Source: a bacterium (lineage in GTDB: Bacteria > Electryoneota > Electryoneia > Electryoneales > Electryoneaceae). Taken from it: DNA of 64,000 nucleotides. Positions 1 through 9,728 of this stretch are shown here, in pieces. The position numbers and the translations under genes are program-made. The stretch is taken from contig OY769902.1 in the NCBI GenBank assembly GCA_963669175.1, positions 4,928,001 through 4,992,000 of the forward strand, given 5' to 3'. Below the pieces are notes generated by a model. The model saw only the letters and a program-made list of their open reading frames with translations, was not told the DNA's origin and did no database searches. Within the stretch, counting starts at the first letter, position 1, and each line of letters begins with the position of its first letter.

Positions 1-960
1 TACATTGTCAAAAATCATGATTGGGAGTATGACTATGTTACGCTGGCCAGCGAGACCGACACCAGCCTGAACTTTTTCAATACCAATGACTTGTGTGAGA
101 ATGCAGACTGTCATCCAGCAGTATCCATTATGCCCAGACCAGACTCTTTCAAGTTCATGGCCAGCACGTATGAAGGAGATATCGCTGCCATTTGTTTCCA
201 TGATTCCCTGGACCTTTTCGTAATCAACTGGATGAATTATTATCCGAACCGTATTGAAAGCAGAGATAGCCTCATAATTCAGGATGTCTTGGATTATGCC
301 ATGATCAATTGCAATTTTTATTGGCTGGGCGCCAGTGAAAATAATCCAGATCAAATAGCGTTGTTTTGCCAGGAAATTGACAGAGACTTATATGTAATTC
401 ATGAGTTACCCAGCTCAGTTACTCCCCTTCACCTTATCACAGGAGATCCGGAATCAGCCTCTGGCATTATTTGCTGGGAACAGGTGGACAGCACAGGACA
501 ACACGCTCTTTGCTATTCGTTAAATGGTGAAGTGATAGCCGTCGAGGTTGATTCAGTCATTGATGCGATTACTGTCAACCTTTATAACGCTGCCATCCTC
601 GCCTGGACCACCCCTGCCGGTGAAGACAGCATTGAAGTATGGAGCAAAGTCATACGTATCTGGGACACGAATGTGGATGAACAAACCACAGGCGTCCCGG
701 ACCAACATGACCTGGTATCCTGCTATCCCAACCCCTTCAACAGCTCGGTTACTTTCACATTGAAGCCTTCAGCGCAGTATGACCATCTGGTGATCTTCGA
801 TATCCTGGGACGAGAAGTTGATCGAATCAGCGTTTCACTGACTGGAAGCACACAAGCAATCATCTGGAATGCGTCCGGTTTCAGCGCCGGAACCTATTTC
901 GCGCGGTTGGAAGGAAATAACAAACATAGCCAGGCAATACGGGTGATGCATCTGAAATAG
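1..960 (+). CDS. Secreted protein with T9SS/Por-like C-terminal sorting domain (5'-truncated by window edge)
   Basis: Frame is open from base 1. C-terminus CYPNPFNSSVTF...IFDILGREV...WNASGFSAGTYFARL...MHLK matches the type-A sorting domain pattern. Confidence 0.85.
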   Translation, partial: YIVKNHDWEYDYVTLASETDTSLNFFNTNDLCENADCHPAVSIMPRPDSFKFMASTYEGDIAAICFHDSLDLFVINWMNYYPNRIESRDSLIIQDVLDYAMINCNFYWLGASENNPDQIALFCQEIDRDLYVIHELPSSVTPLHLITGDPESASGIICWEQVDSTGQHALCYSLNGEVIAVEVDSVIDAITVNLYNAAILAWTTPAGEDSIEVWSKVIRIWDTNVDEQTTGVPDQHDLVSCYPNPFNSSVTFTLKPSAQYDHLVIFDILGREVDRISVSLTGSTQAIIWNASGFSAGTYFARLEGNNKHSQAIRVMHLK

Positions 961-974
961 AAAGGTACAAGGAC

Positions 975-2384
975 ATGTCACGCACACATTGGATTGCCCT
1001 CTTGGTCATTTTCTGCTGTTTGTGCCAATTAAGCAATGCGCAACCGGGAGATCAGGAAGAACCCATTCTGTTGTATCGCGGCCAAACTGACACCCTGATC
1101 CTGAAACAAAATTTTGAGTACATTTGTGATCTTGGTATTATTCCCTGGTTACAAGTGATAAATCCTGCAGCCGATTCTGTCTACAATTTTGATTATTACG
1201 GATATGAAGATGAGTTATATGTTGATTACTTTTCGGTTTCATTACCGGATTCAATACAGGATACGCCTGGATTCTTTACTTACTATAATGTGGTATACAT
1301 CTTAAATAACGATTTGCACATAGTTTCCTATGATACTGTAATCGTGGATTCAAGCCGCCATTACAGTCATTTCTATTTCTCTTTCAGCGATTTTTCATAC
1401 GGATATCTGAGTGCAAAGAATGACAGTTCATTGCTCCTTTTTGAGTTTCCTCAACTATATGATGTGGAAGACTATGAGCCTGAAGACTTGCTTGAGTATG
1501 CTTATACACCCTTACCAACAGCATTTCAGATAAACTATTCTTCCATCCGAAGAGCCAGATATTCCAATGTAGCATGCTATTATGACTCCCTTAACCTGAT
1601 TGTCACCAAACATTGGACGTCGGCAAGAGATAGTATTCATGTGGACAATACTCCAGGGATAGCGCTTCTTGATCACAACCTGAACTTTGACTCGTATGAC
1701 TATTCTGACTATTACAGGAGTACTTGCTACTGGTTTCAACAACTTTCCGCAATTCCTCAACCATCATGGTCTATCCAGTGCCAATCTTTGGATGATGTGC
1801 AAGACACCCTGCTTGTGTTGCCATATAGCAATACTCCGACTCGATTGTGGCAATGGCGGAATGCTGAATACGACATCTTATCAGGTCTGGTCTGGGAACA
1901 GATTGATTCAGCAGGGAATCATCAGTTAGGATGGATCGAGTGCGATTCCACATACAAAGGTTATGTTGATGTCGACTCCGTGATGGATGTCTGTCCGGTT
2001 TATTTATGGTGCACCCACGCATTCGCATGGAGTAGCCCAGTCGGGGATGATTCGATAGAAGTCTGGCTGCAAGTTGTTCGAGAATACAGATTGGATGTGA
2101 ATGAAAGTGATCCATCAGTCCCATCAAGCCATGATATTATCTCTTGCTATCCCAATCCCTTTAACAGCACGGTGACTTTCACCATGCAACCCTCAGCGCA
2201 GTATGACCATCTGGTGATCTTCGATATTCTGGGACGAGAAGTAGATCGAATCAGCGTTTCACTGAGCGGAAGCACAAAAGCTATCACCTGGAATGCGTCC
2301 GGTTTCAGCGCCGGAACCTATTTCGCGCGGTTGGAAGGGACAGGTTCTCGGAGTCAACCCGTACGACTTTTACATCTGAAATAA
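975..2384 (+). CDS. Secreted protein with C-terminal sorting domain; tandem paralog of the upstream gene
   Basis: N-terminal signal peptide (MSRTHWIALLVIFCCLCQLSNA). CYPNPFNST...GTYFARL CTD. Shares WEQ(V/I)DS.G.H.L and P.G.DSIEVW motifs with the upstream gene. Confidence 0.88.
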   Translation: MSRTHWIALLVIFCCLCQLSNAQPGDQEEPILLYRGQTDTLILKQNFEYICDLGIIPWLQVINPAADSVYNFDYYGYEDELYVDYFSVSLPDSIQDTPGFFTYYNVVYILNNDLHIVSYDTVIVDSSRHYSHFYFSFSDFSYGYLSAKNDSSLLLFEFPQLYDVEDYEPEDLLEYAYTPLPTAFQINYSSIRRARYSNVACYYDSLNLIVTKHWTSARDSIHVDNTPGIALLDHNLNFDSYDYSDYYRSTCYWFQQLSAIPQPSWSIQCQSLDDVQDTLLVLPYSNTPTRLWQWRNAEYDILSGLVWEQIDSAGNHQLGWIECDSTYKGYVDVDSVMDVCPVYLWCTHAFAWSSPVGDDSIEVWLQVVREYRLDVNESDPSVPSSHDIISCYPNPFNSTVTFTMQPSAQYDHLVIFDILGREVDRISVSLSGSTKAITWNASGFSAGTYFARLEGTGSRSQPVRLLHLK

Positions 2385-2389
2385 GCGCT

Positions 2390-2699
2390 TGGCCCGACTG
2401 CTTGCTGTCGGGTGTCACGTAGCCCGGCCACCTGTGCGCCAACCGGCGTATGCCTGGCCGGGGAATACCAGGAATCGGGTACTCTTTGCATAGCTCGAGA
2501 TCCCCGGTCACGCCGGGGATGACAAAAGTGGCATGGTTCTGCTATGTAAACAGCCAAAGGCGGGTGGCCCGACTGCTTGCTGTCGGGTGTCACGTAGCCC
2601 GGCCACCTGTGCGCCAACCGGCGTATGCCTGGCCGGGGAATACCAGGAATCGGGTACTCTTTGCATAGCTCGAGATCCCCGGTCACGCCGGGGATGACA
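2390..2699. repeat. 135-bp direct repeat, 2 copies (2390-2524, 2565-2699), built from REP-like hairpins
   Basis: The two copies read identical by eye and are separated by 40 bp. Internal hairpins include CCCGGCCA..TGGCCGGG and ATCCCCGG-TCACG-CCGGGGAT. Partial GCCGGGG(A)TGACAGAAAG units follow to ~2775. Confidence 0.95.
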
Positions 2700-2773
2700 G
2701 AAAGCCGGGGTGACAGAAAGCCGGGGATGACAGAAAGAAGCAAAGGATGATATAAAAAGTGGTCGGGGATGAC

Positions 2774-2817
2774 CGAAAAGCCGGGACAAACCACAGCGGG
2801 TCTGTCCCGGCTTTTCG
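2774..2817. terminator. Probable bidirectional intrinsic terminator
   Basis: CGAAAAGCCGGGACA...TGTCCCGGCTTTTCG inverted repeat between convergent genes. Confidence 0.7.
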
Positions 2818-2923
2818 TTAATTAAACGGGAACTCGATTAAGTTCCCGTTATCGTTATCAGGTGTTACAACCATTCGATATTTCAACCATCCGGCACATT
2901 AACCGGATTGTATACAGTGAAAT

Positions 2924-5719
2924 CTAGAAGGTGTACTTCACGCCGATGTGGCCCCAGGGACGATAGAACTCACGCTGCACCGGGTGATCTTCGTCGCCTT
3001 CGTAGACTACGTACGGCTGATTCAGAATGTTAATCATATCCATGTAAATCTGCATGGTCTTCCAGATACGGTAGCTGGCATTGAAGTCAAGCTGCATGCG
3101 TTCTTTCAGCCAGATGTCGTGGTCTTCATCTTTGCCGACCTCAAGCACCTGCTTGCCACGGTAGTTCATGCTCAAACGTGCGGAGAAGCCAAACTTTTCG
3201 TAGCCAAGCGCGAAGTTGCCGATGTGTTCGGACTGTCCCGGAATGACCGACTCACGCAAATCGCCATCCTCGTTTGTCAGATCAACGGTAGAAGTCGTGT
3301 ACGTGTAGTTGCTATAAATTCCGAAACCAGATGCCCACCCCGGCAGCATATGAAGTTGCTGGTTGTAGGCAATTTCGAAACCGTACAGGGTGGCAGTTTC
3401 GTCAGCATTGACCGGCTGCGAATACTCCCACTCATCTGCGCCTTCCCACACTTTGGTATACAAGTAGTTGTCGATACTCTTCATGAAGAAGCCAGCGGAT
3501 ACGATACCCACGCTGCTGAAGTAATACTCGCCCATCAGGTCGATGTTGGTAGAGAACGCCGGATCCAGTTCCGGGTTACCAAATTTGTACTCTTCATCAT
3601 CGGAGTTCGAAATGATATAGGGAACCAGATCGTAGTAGTCCGGTCGTGCGAGACTCTGGGTTACGGCCAGGCGGAAGTTGATACGATCATCGTAAGCATA
3701 GCGCAAGTGAAGGGACGGCAGCACGTTCATGTAGTCGTTTGTTGCGCTGACCGGACCACTTAGGCTGGGATCGAAATCGCCTTCATCATCGAATACAGCT
3801 TTGAAACCGTCATACTCGATATCGGTCATTTCAATACGGGCGCCAGCTAACAGCATCAGACGGGGATTCAGTTTGACCTGGCCCATCAGGTAACCGGCAT
3901 ACACATTTTCCGTGGCTTCGTAACTCTCGGCCCGGCTGGCTTCGTAATCAACTTCCTTCTCGAATACGTCGCTGTTGTTCTTGTTGGCTTCCCAGTAATC
4001 GCGGGCAGCATCCGGATCAACCGACAACCCGGGCTGGTAGTTGGGATACTCATCGTTCAGGAAACCGTCTGCGTCATAGGTATCGCTGAAGCGGGACAAC
4101 AGGACATCTTCTTCGAACTTGTATTTTATGACATCGTTAGCACGTTCTTTCGATTTCATCCGCGCCTTGGCGCCAACCTTTGCCCATGCCGGCATCGCAG
4201 TCTGGAGGTGGTACTTGGCGTTGAGCTGGAAGGCCAGTTCATCATCTGTGGTCTTGTTATCGCTGCATTCAACATCGTCCATCACGAAGTTGGCCGCGTT
4301 GTTCAAGTCGCCGTAGGAAACACTCAGCGGTGTGAAGGTTGGCGTATCCGGATCGCTGGTGCCGATCTTGAAGTCGATGTCATCATCATACTTCATGCTC
4401 CAGTCGAGGTGTTCCGGCTCAATTTCCTCCGCGTAGCTATAAGAGACATCGTAGTCAAGATCCAGCAGGCCGCTCATCATGGTGTTCTTACCACCAACAC
4501 TGGCCGCCCAGATGCGCTGGACTTCGTAACGATCCTTCAGATCACGTTCGAACTCACCGGTTACAGTACCATCGGTGTTGTAGGATTCATCATCCATGCC
4601 GAAGGTGATGCGGCGACGATATTCCTGATCACCGAACTCATTCCAGTTGAACCGGACATAGTTCAGGTTGTTTTCATCGTGTTCGTAATCGATGTTGATA
4701 CCCAACGCAGCACGGTGGCGGGTAACATCATAGCTGCGCAGTTCCAGCTCTTCGACCGTATTTCGCTCTTCGCCGTCATCAGCGTACTCGATGTCTTTCC
4801 AGGAAATTTCGTTGTTTTCACTGCCACGCTTCGTGACAGAATAGGAACCGCTGAGCATCACGCCGATATTGTTCTTCGCACCCATACGGCGGCCATAGCT
4901 GAACGCGCCCTGCCCAATCGGACCGTTGTTGATCATGTTCATGCCGCCGCCAAGCGTGACATTGCCACGGGGGCGGTCATAGTCCAATGCGCTCTTGGTG
5001 ACGAGGTTGATCGAACCACCAATCGCGTCACCATCCATGTCCGGGGTGAGCGCCTTGTTCAGTTCAATGCTGGCAAGCACGTCTGACGGGATCACATCCA
5101 GCGCTACGGAACGAACGTCGCCTTCCGGCGCCGGGATACGCTGACCGTTGATCATCACGTTATTCAGGTTCGGCTCGGTGCCACGGATTGTCACATAGCG
5201 GCCTTCACCCTGGTCACGCTGAATCGCAACACCCGGCACACGCTGCATGGCTTCTGTCACGTTCGGATCAGGAAAATCACCGATCTGGTCTGCAGCGATA
5301 ATATTTACGATGTTATCGGAAGTACGCTGCTGGTTCAGGGCCAATGCCTGCCCACTTCGCTGCGCGCCGACAAACACCACCTCTTCACCTTCCAGGTACA
5401 GACTGGTCAATGAGGCATCAAGCGTCTCGGAACCACCGGACATGGTGATTTCTTTTTCATATGCCTGATAACCAAGGTAGGTGATATGAAGTGTATAACT
5501 GCCATCCGGAACGGCTACCATACGGAACCGACCGGCGCGGTCCGTATTCACCATATAGGATGTACCATCAAGAACAACATGGGCGCCGACCAGCGGTTCT
5601 CCCGTATCCGCATCTCGAACCTGCCCGGAAATACTGCTGAACTGCGGTGCCGCAATAACCGACGCTGACAAGAGCATCAGTACGGTTGCAATCACTAACA
5701 TGCGACCCAAGTAACGCAT
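2924..5719 (-). CDS. TonB-dependent receptor with N-terminal carboxypeptidase-regulatory-like domain
   Basis: Signal peptide; ISGQVRDADTGEPLVGAHV; plug NVTEAMQRVPGVAI...GEGRYVTIRG...DAIGGSINLVT; GNPELDP motif; C-terminal GVKYTF. Confidence 0.95.
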   Translation of the reverse strand: MRYLGRMLVIATVLMLLSASVIAAPQFSSISGQVRDADTGEPLVGAHVVLDGTSYMVNTDRAGRFRMVAVPDGSYTLHITYLGYQAYEKEITMSGGSETLDASLTSLYLEGEEVVFVGAQRSGQALALNQQRTSDNIVNIIAADQIGDFPDPNVTEAMQRVPGVAIQRDQGEGRYVTIRGTEPNLNNVMINGQRIPAPEGDVRSVALDVIPSDVLASIELNKALTPDMDGDAIGGSINLVTKSALDYDRPRGNVTLGGGMNMINNGPIGQGAFSYGRRMGAKNNIGVMLSGSYSVTKRGSENNEISWKDIEYADDGEERNTVEELELRSYDVTRHRAALGINIDYEHDENNLNYVRFNWNEFGDQEYRRRITFGMDDESYNTDGTVTGEFERDLKDRYEVQRIWAASVGGKNTMMSGLLDLDYDVSYSYAEEIEPEHLDWSMKYDDDIDFKIGTSDPDTPTFTPLSVSYGDLNNAANFVMDDVECSDNKTTDDELAFQLNAKYHLQTAMPAWAKVGAKARMKSKERANDVIKYKFEEDVLLSRFSDTYDADGFLNDEYPNYQPGLSVDPDAARDYWEANKNNSDVFEKEVDYEASRAESYEATENVYAGYLMGQVKLNPRLMLLAGARIEMTDIEYDGFKAVFDDEGDFDPSLSGPVSATNDYMNVLPSLHLRYAYDDRINFRLAVTQSLARPDYYDLVPYIISNSDDEEYKFGNPELDPAFSTNIDLMGEYYFSSVGIVSAGFFMKSIDNYLYTKVWEGADEWEYSQPVNADETATLYGFEIAYNQQLHMLPGWASGFGIYSNYTYTTSTVDLTNEDGDLRESVIPGQSEHIGNFALGYEKFGFSARLSMNYRGKQVLEVGKDEDHDIWLKERMQLDFNASYRIWKTMQIYMDMINILNQPYVVYEGDEDHPVQREFYRPWGHIGVKYTF

Positions 5720-5989
5720 TTTCCCTCCGTTAGCCTTTAGGTGGGTTTTCTCCCTTTGATAACGGGAAAAACTACACCTTGGCTTTGATTACGGTGAGGA
5801 AATTGTTAGAAATGTGTTAGGCGTTTTAGGTAAATGGCTAAAAATTGCATTTACAAACAGATACACTAACACACACAGAAGAAGGCTCGGAGCCACCAGA
5901 TATCCCCCTTTCTTCTGTTGATGCAATCGTAAGAATACAGACGCTTTCATAACGCTTCTGACAGGAAATAATACCTGATAAAAAGAGAA

Positions 5990-6019
5990 AAGGGATTATT
6001 CGCTATGGAATAATCCCTT
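5990..6019 (-). terminator. Intrinsic terminator after the 864-aa secreted protein
   Basis: AAGGGATTATTC-GCTATG-GAATAATCCCTT hairpin followed by a T-rich tract on the minus strand. Confidence 0.7.
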
Positions 6020-6042
6020 ATAAAAGCAATGTAAAGGCGCGT

Positions 6043-8637
6043 TTATTTCATCCGTACCAGCTTCATGGTTGCGACGAAATCCTGCCCTGCATTCATGCGT
6101 ACGAAATAAATTCCACTGGCAAGATCGTTTGACAGCCAGTTAATCGTATGTATACCAGCAGGTTGCACTCCGTTTACCAGTACAGCAACACTACGTCCCA
6201 GGATATCATAAACTTCAATCTTAACAATCCCGTCAGCTTTCATGGCATAGTTGATCGTTGTAGACGGGTTGAATGGATTGGGATACGCCGCTTCAAGCCC
6301 ATAATGGTTGGGGATCATGGCTTGTTCCAGCACATAATCCGGCGTGTACACTATTCCCACCGATGCCATAGCTTCCAACAGCTCACCTTCAGCGTTTACC
6401 AGTTGTAACACTATGGTACTATTGCCGGATGCAAGTGTGTCGATATAACCGGGATCTGTTGATGTCCAGGTATCCACGGAATCATCGTTGACATGCACCC
6501 GAATACTTCCCGCATCCGGACCGATCTCAAGGTTGGTCACTGTGAATACAACTTCCAGCGGCACTTCTGTGATCTCATCATTGTTCATCGGTGACGTGAT
6601 GGCAATTTCAGGTTGCGGTGGCGGTGTGTATTCCACCGTAACGGCATCCATCGCGTCCGGTATCAGTGCGTTGTGGTCGTAGTCAACCAGACCCAGGGTA
6701 ATGGTGTTGAATCCTGCGTCGAGGGTTTCGATGGAAATCTCTTCCGCAGTCGTATAGGATGTTTCCGGATCGCCATCACCTTGGACCGTCAGCTCAATCA
6801 CACCATCGCCGCCTTCTTCGGCCACAGTAAAATCAACCACTGTAAACGTAACATTCAAAGGCAGTTCAATGACTTCTGTATCATCATTCGGTGAATTGAT
6901 CACAATGGATGGCTCTAACCGATCATAGGTCACCTGTATCGTCGCAAAGGCATCCGGATCAAGCGCCTCATGATCATAGTCAACAAGACGCAAGGTTATC
7001 GTGTTGGTCCATTCATCCAGCGCAGTAAGGGTAATCGTCTCGTCTGTCGTGTAAGAGATGACGGGATCAGAAGTACCTTGAACGGTCAGCTCAATAACGC
7101 CATCGCCACCTTCATCGGCAACCACGAAGTTCGAAACAGCATAGGTAACAACAACCGGCAGCTCATGAACCGTAACACCACTTTCCGGGGAGGTGATCGT
7201 TATTCCCGGTCCGGCAGTCCCGAGTGATCCGTCGGGATTTACATTCTGAAGGTAAATATCTGAGGTTTCAACATCTCCATTGCCCCAGACGCCGACAATC
7301 TGTTCGGAAACAATCTTTGTCGCCATCAAGTCACTACGTGTCGCAGTTGTTGTGGTAAGCTCCACGGGTGAAGTATCCCACACTTCTTCTCCATCCGTAT
7401 TCAGCTTGATGGCTTTCACCCGCATGTGGGTGGCATCTTCATATTCCAGGTACATAACAATCGCGCTACCGTCGTTGAGTGCAAACGCACTCGGCTGACT
7501 ATGTTGCGCACCGCCAAGCTCTGATAATACGACACCGCTGTCATCCCACTGACGTTCGCCGTCAGCATTGAAATACTGTGCGCCGAATCCGCTTTCGGTT
7601 TGTCCGGTATTGGTAAACGGGTAGAACACATAGAAGTTACCCGTATCCGGGACATAGGCCAGTGTAGGAGAAGTCTGCGCCGTATTCGCAGTGGAAACCT
7701 GGACACCATCGGCATCCCAGGAGATGTTCCCATCGGAATCGACATGCTGCACGTAGACATGGTTGGTATTGCCCGAATGGGAATCATACCAGTAAATGAC
7801 CGCTCCGTCATCGCCATCCGAGACCAGGTCAGGCCGATGCCAGGGACCGATCCCGCTTGTCGTATGCACCGCAGCGCCCTCGTCCTCCCACTGGGCTTCA
7901 CCACTCGTGCTGTACCGTTGCAGGTACATCGAACGTGCGCCCATGAATGAAGTGCTCTGCTGCACCAGGTACAGAAGCAGGAAACCGTCTGAGGTTTCTG
8001 CCATACGGGGGATGGAAACCGTATACAGCATGTCTACCGTGATTTCACCATCATTAAAAACATCTTCGCCATCTTCATCCAGGCCGTGAATGACAACTTG
8101 TCCCGTGCCGTCATCAGTTTCCTGCTGCCAGGCGATATAGACATTGCCGTCGGATGTGGTTTGAATCCATTGCCCCACATCGGTCAACCCGTTTTCGGAA
8201 AGCTGGATGCCATCGTCGCCCCAGTTAAAGGTGCCGTCCGTGGCGATACTGTACGCGAAAATGTCCCAGTCATCGCCATCACGAATATCATTCGTAACAA
8301 TAATAGCGTTATCGTTGACATCAACTTTCATATCCCATTCAGTGATTGATCCTGTCATGGAATGATCACTGATGAGCATGCCGTTATCGGCCCATTGCGC
8401 GACGCCACCGGCATCGTAGTATTGCAGGCAAACGTCGTAGTTGCCGGATGAATGATCATACCAGACCACAAAACAACCGCCATCGGAGGTGGATTGTATG
8501 ATCGGTGTTGCCTGCGATCCATTTCGATCACAGACGACAAGGTTGGTTGCCGGGTCAGACGGCCACTGCGCCATGATGACAGACGCTGTTACCAGCAGCA
8601 CAAACAGAGTTAAAACAACAGGAAAGAATCGTCTCAT
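6043..8637 (-). CDS. Large secreted protein: beta-propeller-like N-terminus, three Ig-like repeats, C-terminal sorting domain
   Basis: Signal peptide; repeated sDG.GG..vvW.D and W...G motifs; three I.I.SP-initiated ~95-aa repeats; AYPNPFNPSTTINY...ASGIYFVRM CTD. Confidence 0.88.
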   Translation of the reverse strand: MRRFFPVVLTLFVLLVTASVIMAQWPSDPATNLVVCDRNGSQATPIIQSTSDGGCFVVWYDHSSGNYDVCLQYYDAGGVAQWADNGMLISDHSMTGSITEWDMKVDVNDNAIIVTNDIRDGDDWDIFAYSIATDGTFNWGDDGIQLSENGLTDVGQWIQTTSDGNVYIAWQQETDDGTGQVVIHGLDEDGEDVFNDGEITVDMLYTVSIPRMAETSDGFLLLYLVQQSTSFMGARSMYLQRYSTSGEAQWEDEGAAVHTTSGIGPWHRPDLVSDGDDGAVIYWYDSHSGNTNHVYVQHVDSDGNISWDADGVQVSTANTAQTSPTLAYVPDTGNFYVFYPFTNTGQTESGFGAQYFNADGERQWDDSGVVLSELGGAQHSQPSAFALNDGSAIVMYLEYEDATHMRVKAIKLNTDGEEVWDTSPVELTTTTATRSDLMATKIVSEQIVGVWGNGDVETSDIYLQNVNPDGSLGTAGPGITITSPESGVTVHELPVVVTYAVSNFVVADEGGDGVIELTVQGTSDPVISYTTDETITLTALDEWTNTITLRLVDYDHEALDPDAFATIQVTYDRLEPSIVINSPNDDTEVIELPLNVTFTVVDFTVAEEGGDGVIELTVQGDGDPETSYTTAEEISIETLDAGFNTITLGLVDYDHNALIPDAMDAVTVEYTPPPQPEIAITSPMNNDEITEVPLEVVFTVTNLEIGPDAGSIRVHVNDDSVDTWTSTDPGYIDTLASGNSTIVLQLVNAEGELLEAMASVGIVYTPDYVLEQAMIPNHYGLEAAYPNPFNPSTTINYAMKADGIVKIEVYDILGRSVAVLVNGVQPAGIHTINWLSNDLASGIYFVRMNAGQDFVATMKLVRMK

Positions 8638-8838
8638 GGCACTCTCTCTTTCTCCGGCATACCAGCCTAATACGACAGAAACAACAATCTCTTTGCGAAG
8701 GCTGATAGCGACAAACCGGTTTCGTCAGCAGTGCAATGTTGTCACGTCCTGAATGCTGCAACCCGACCATGTTACCATAGCCGGGAAAACATACGGTTCC
8801 TGCGATTGGGTATTGTCTATCTCACTTGCAACACCGTA

Positions 8839-9603
8839 TTAAAAATGAACACGGATACCATTGATAATGGAAAGGTCCAGTTCCTTCACGCTTGTCGGCG
8901 GACCTGAATCGTACGTCATACTCAAGCTTACTGTAAAATGCACATTTTTTGTCAGCTTGAAGATCAGATCCCCATCACCTATGGCTTTCCAGTCTCCCCA
9001 TTTCGTAAGCATCGGTTGATAATAACCGGATAGAACCAGATCTGCATAATGATGAATGGCAATGCGAGTAGCGACATAGCTGCTCATTCGGTGATCAAAC
9101 AGATCTGCCTGACCTACGATATCCTCATCAAAGCGTTCAATTTCATACATGTAGGACAGACCGCACGCGAAAGCAAAATTACCGGTGAAGAACTTCTCCC
9201 AGCGTATACCGGTACCGAGCAATTCACGACTTTCAATCAGACGGAACTCATCATACTCCCACTGAGAAAAGGCTTCCCAATTCCAATGTTTAACGATTTT
9301 ATAGTTGTAGCGAAGATGAATTTTGCCATCGTTCGAGTTTTTTACATCATTCACTTCGGCATAGTCATTTTCGCCGATGAGAAAGACCAGGTGCCTTGGA
9401 GTTTCGTACCCGAAGACAGCCGATCCCTCCAGCTCATGCTGTGCCTTATTTCCCTGGTCAAAGGTGTAGGCCAGCCCAAGAACAGAGGTAAAGCCGTCTT
9501 CGTTATCCAGCCTGATGTCTTCGATGTTCATCTGTGCTGACGCAACAGTGGTCAAACTGAACAGAAAGAAGAGAATGGTAAGCAAACGCCTTAAACTTGC
9601 CAT
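8839..9603 (-). CDS. DUF481-like outer-membrane beta-barrel protein
   Basis: Signal peptide from ATG 9603; HLRYNY, EAFSQWEYD, ELLGTGIRW, YYQP motifs; C-terminal Phe. Confidence 0.7.
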   Translation of the reverse strand: MASLRRLLTILFFLFSLTTVASAQMNIEDIRLDNEDGFTSVLGLAYTFDQGNKAQHELEGSAVFGYETPRHLVFLIGENDYAEVNDVKNSNDGKIHLRYNYKIVKHWNWEAFSQWEYDEFRLIESRELLGTGIRWEKFFTGNFAFACGLSYMYEIERFDEDIVGQADLFDHRMSSYVATRIAIHHYADLVLSGYYQPMLTKWGDWKAIGDGDLIFKLTKNVHFTVSLSMTYDSGPPTSVKELDLSIINGIRVHF

Positions 9604-9728
9604 CGTATGTTCCTGAAAGTTGAATGAGGTCACTGTCCATTCAAAGGTAAGGAGAATTCTCGTTCGTTAAAACCCGTAAAAACAGATCTCAATACGACTC
9701 ATTTCTTTTATTACCAGAACTTACATGT

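Noticed and set aside
769-2338. DGR template/variable repeat pair
   Set aside because: Mismatches are not adenine-specific, both copies lie in intact coding CTDs, and no reverse transcriptase is in the window.
2390-2775. CRISPR array, and ORFs at 2305-2794
   Set aside because: Only two 135-bp units and no cas genes. The overlapping ORFs are translations of the repeat.
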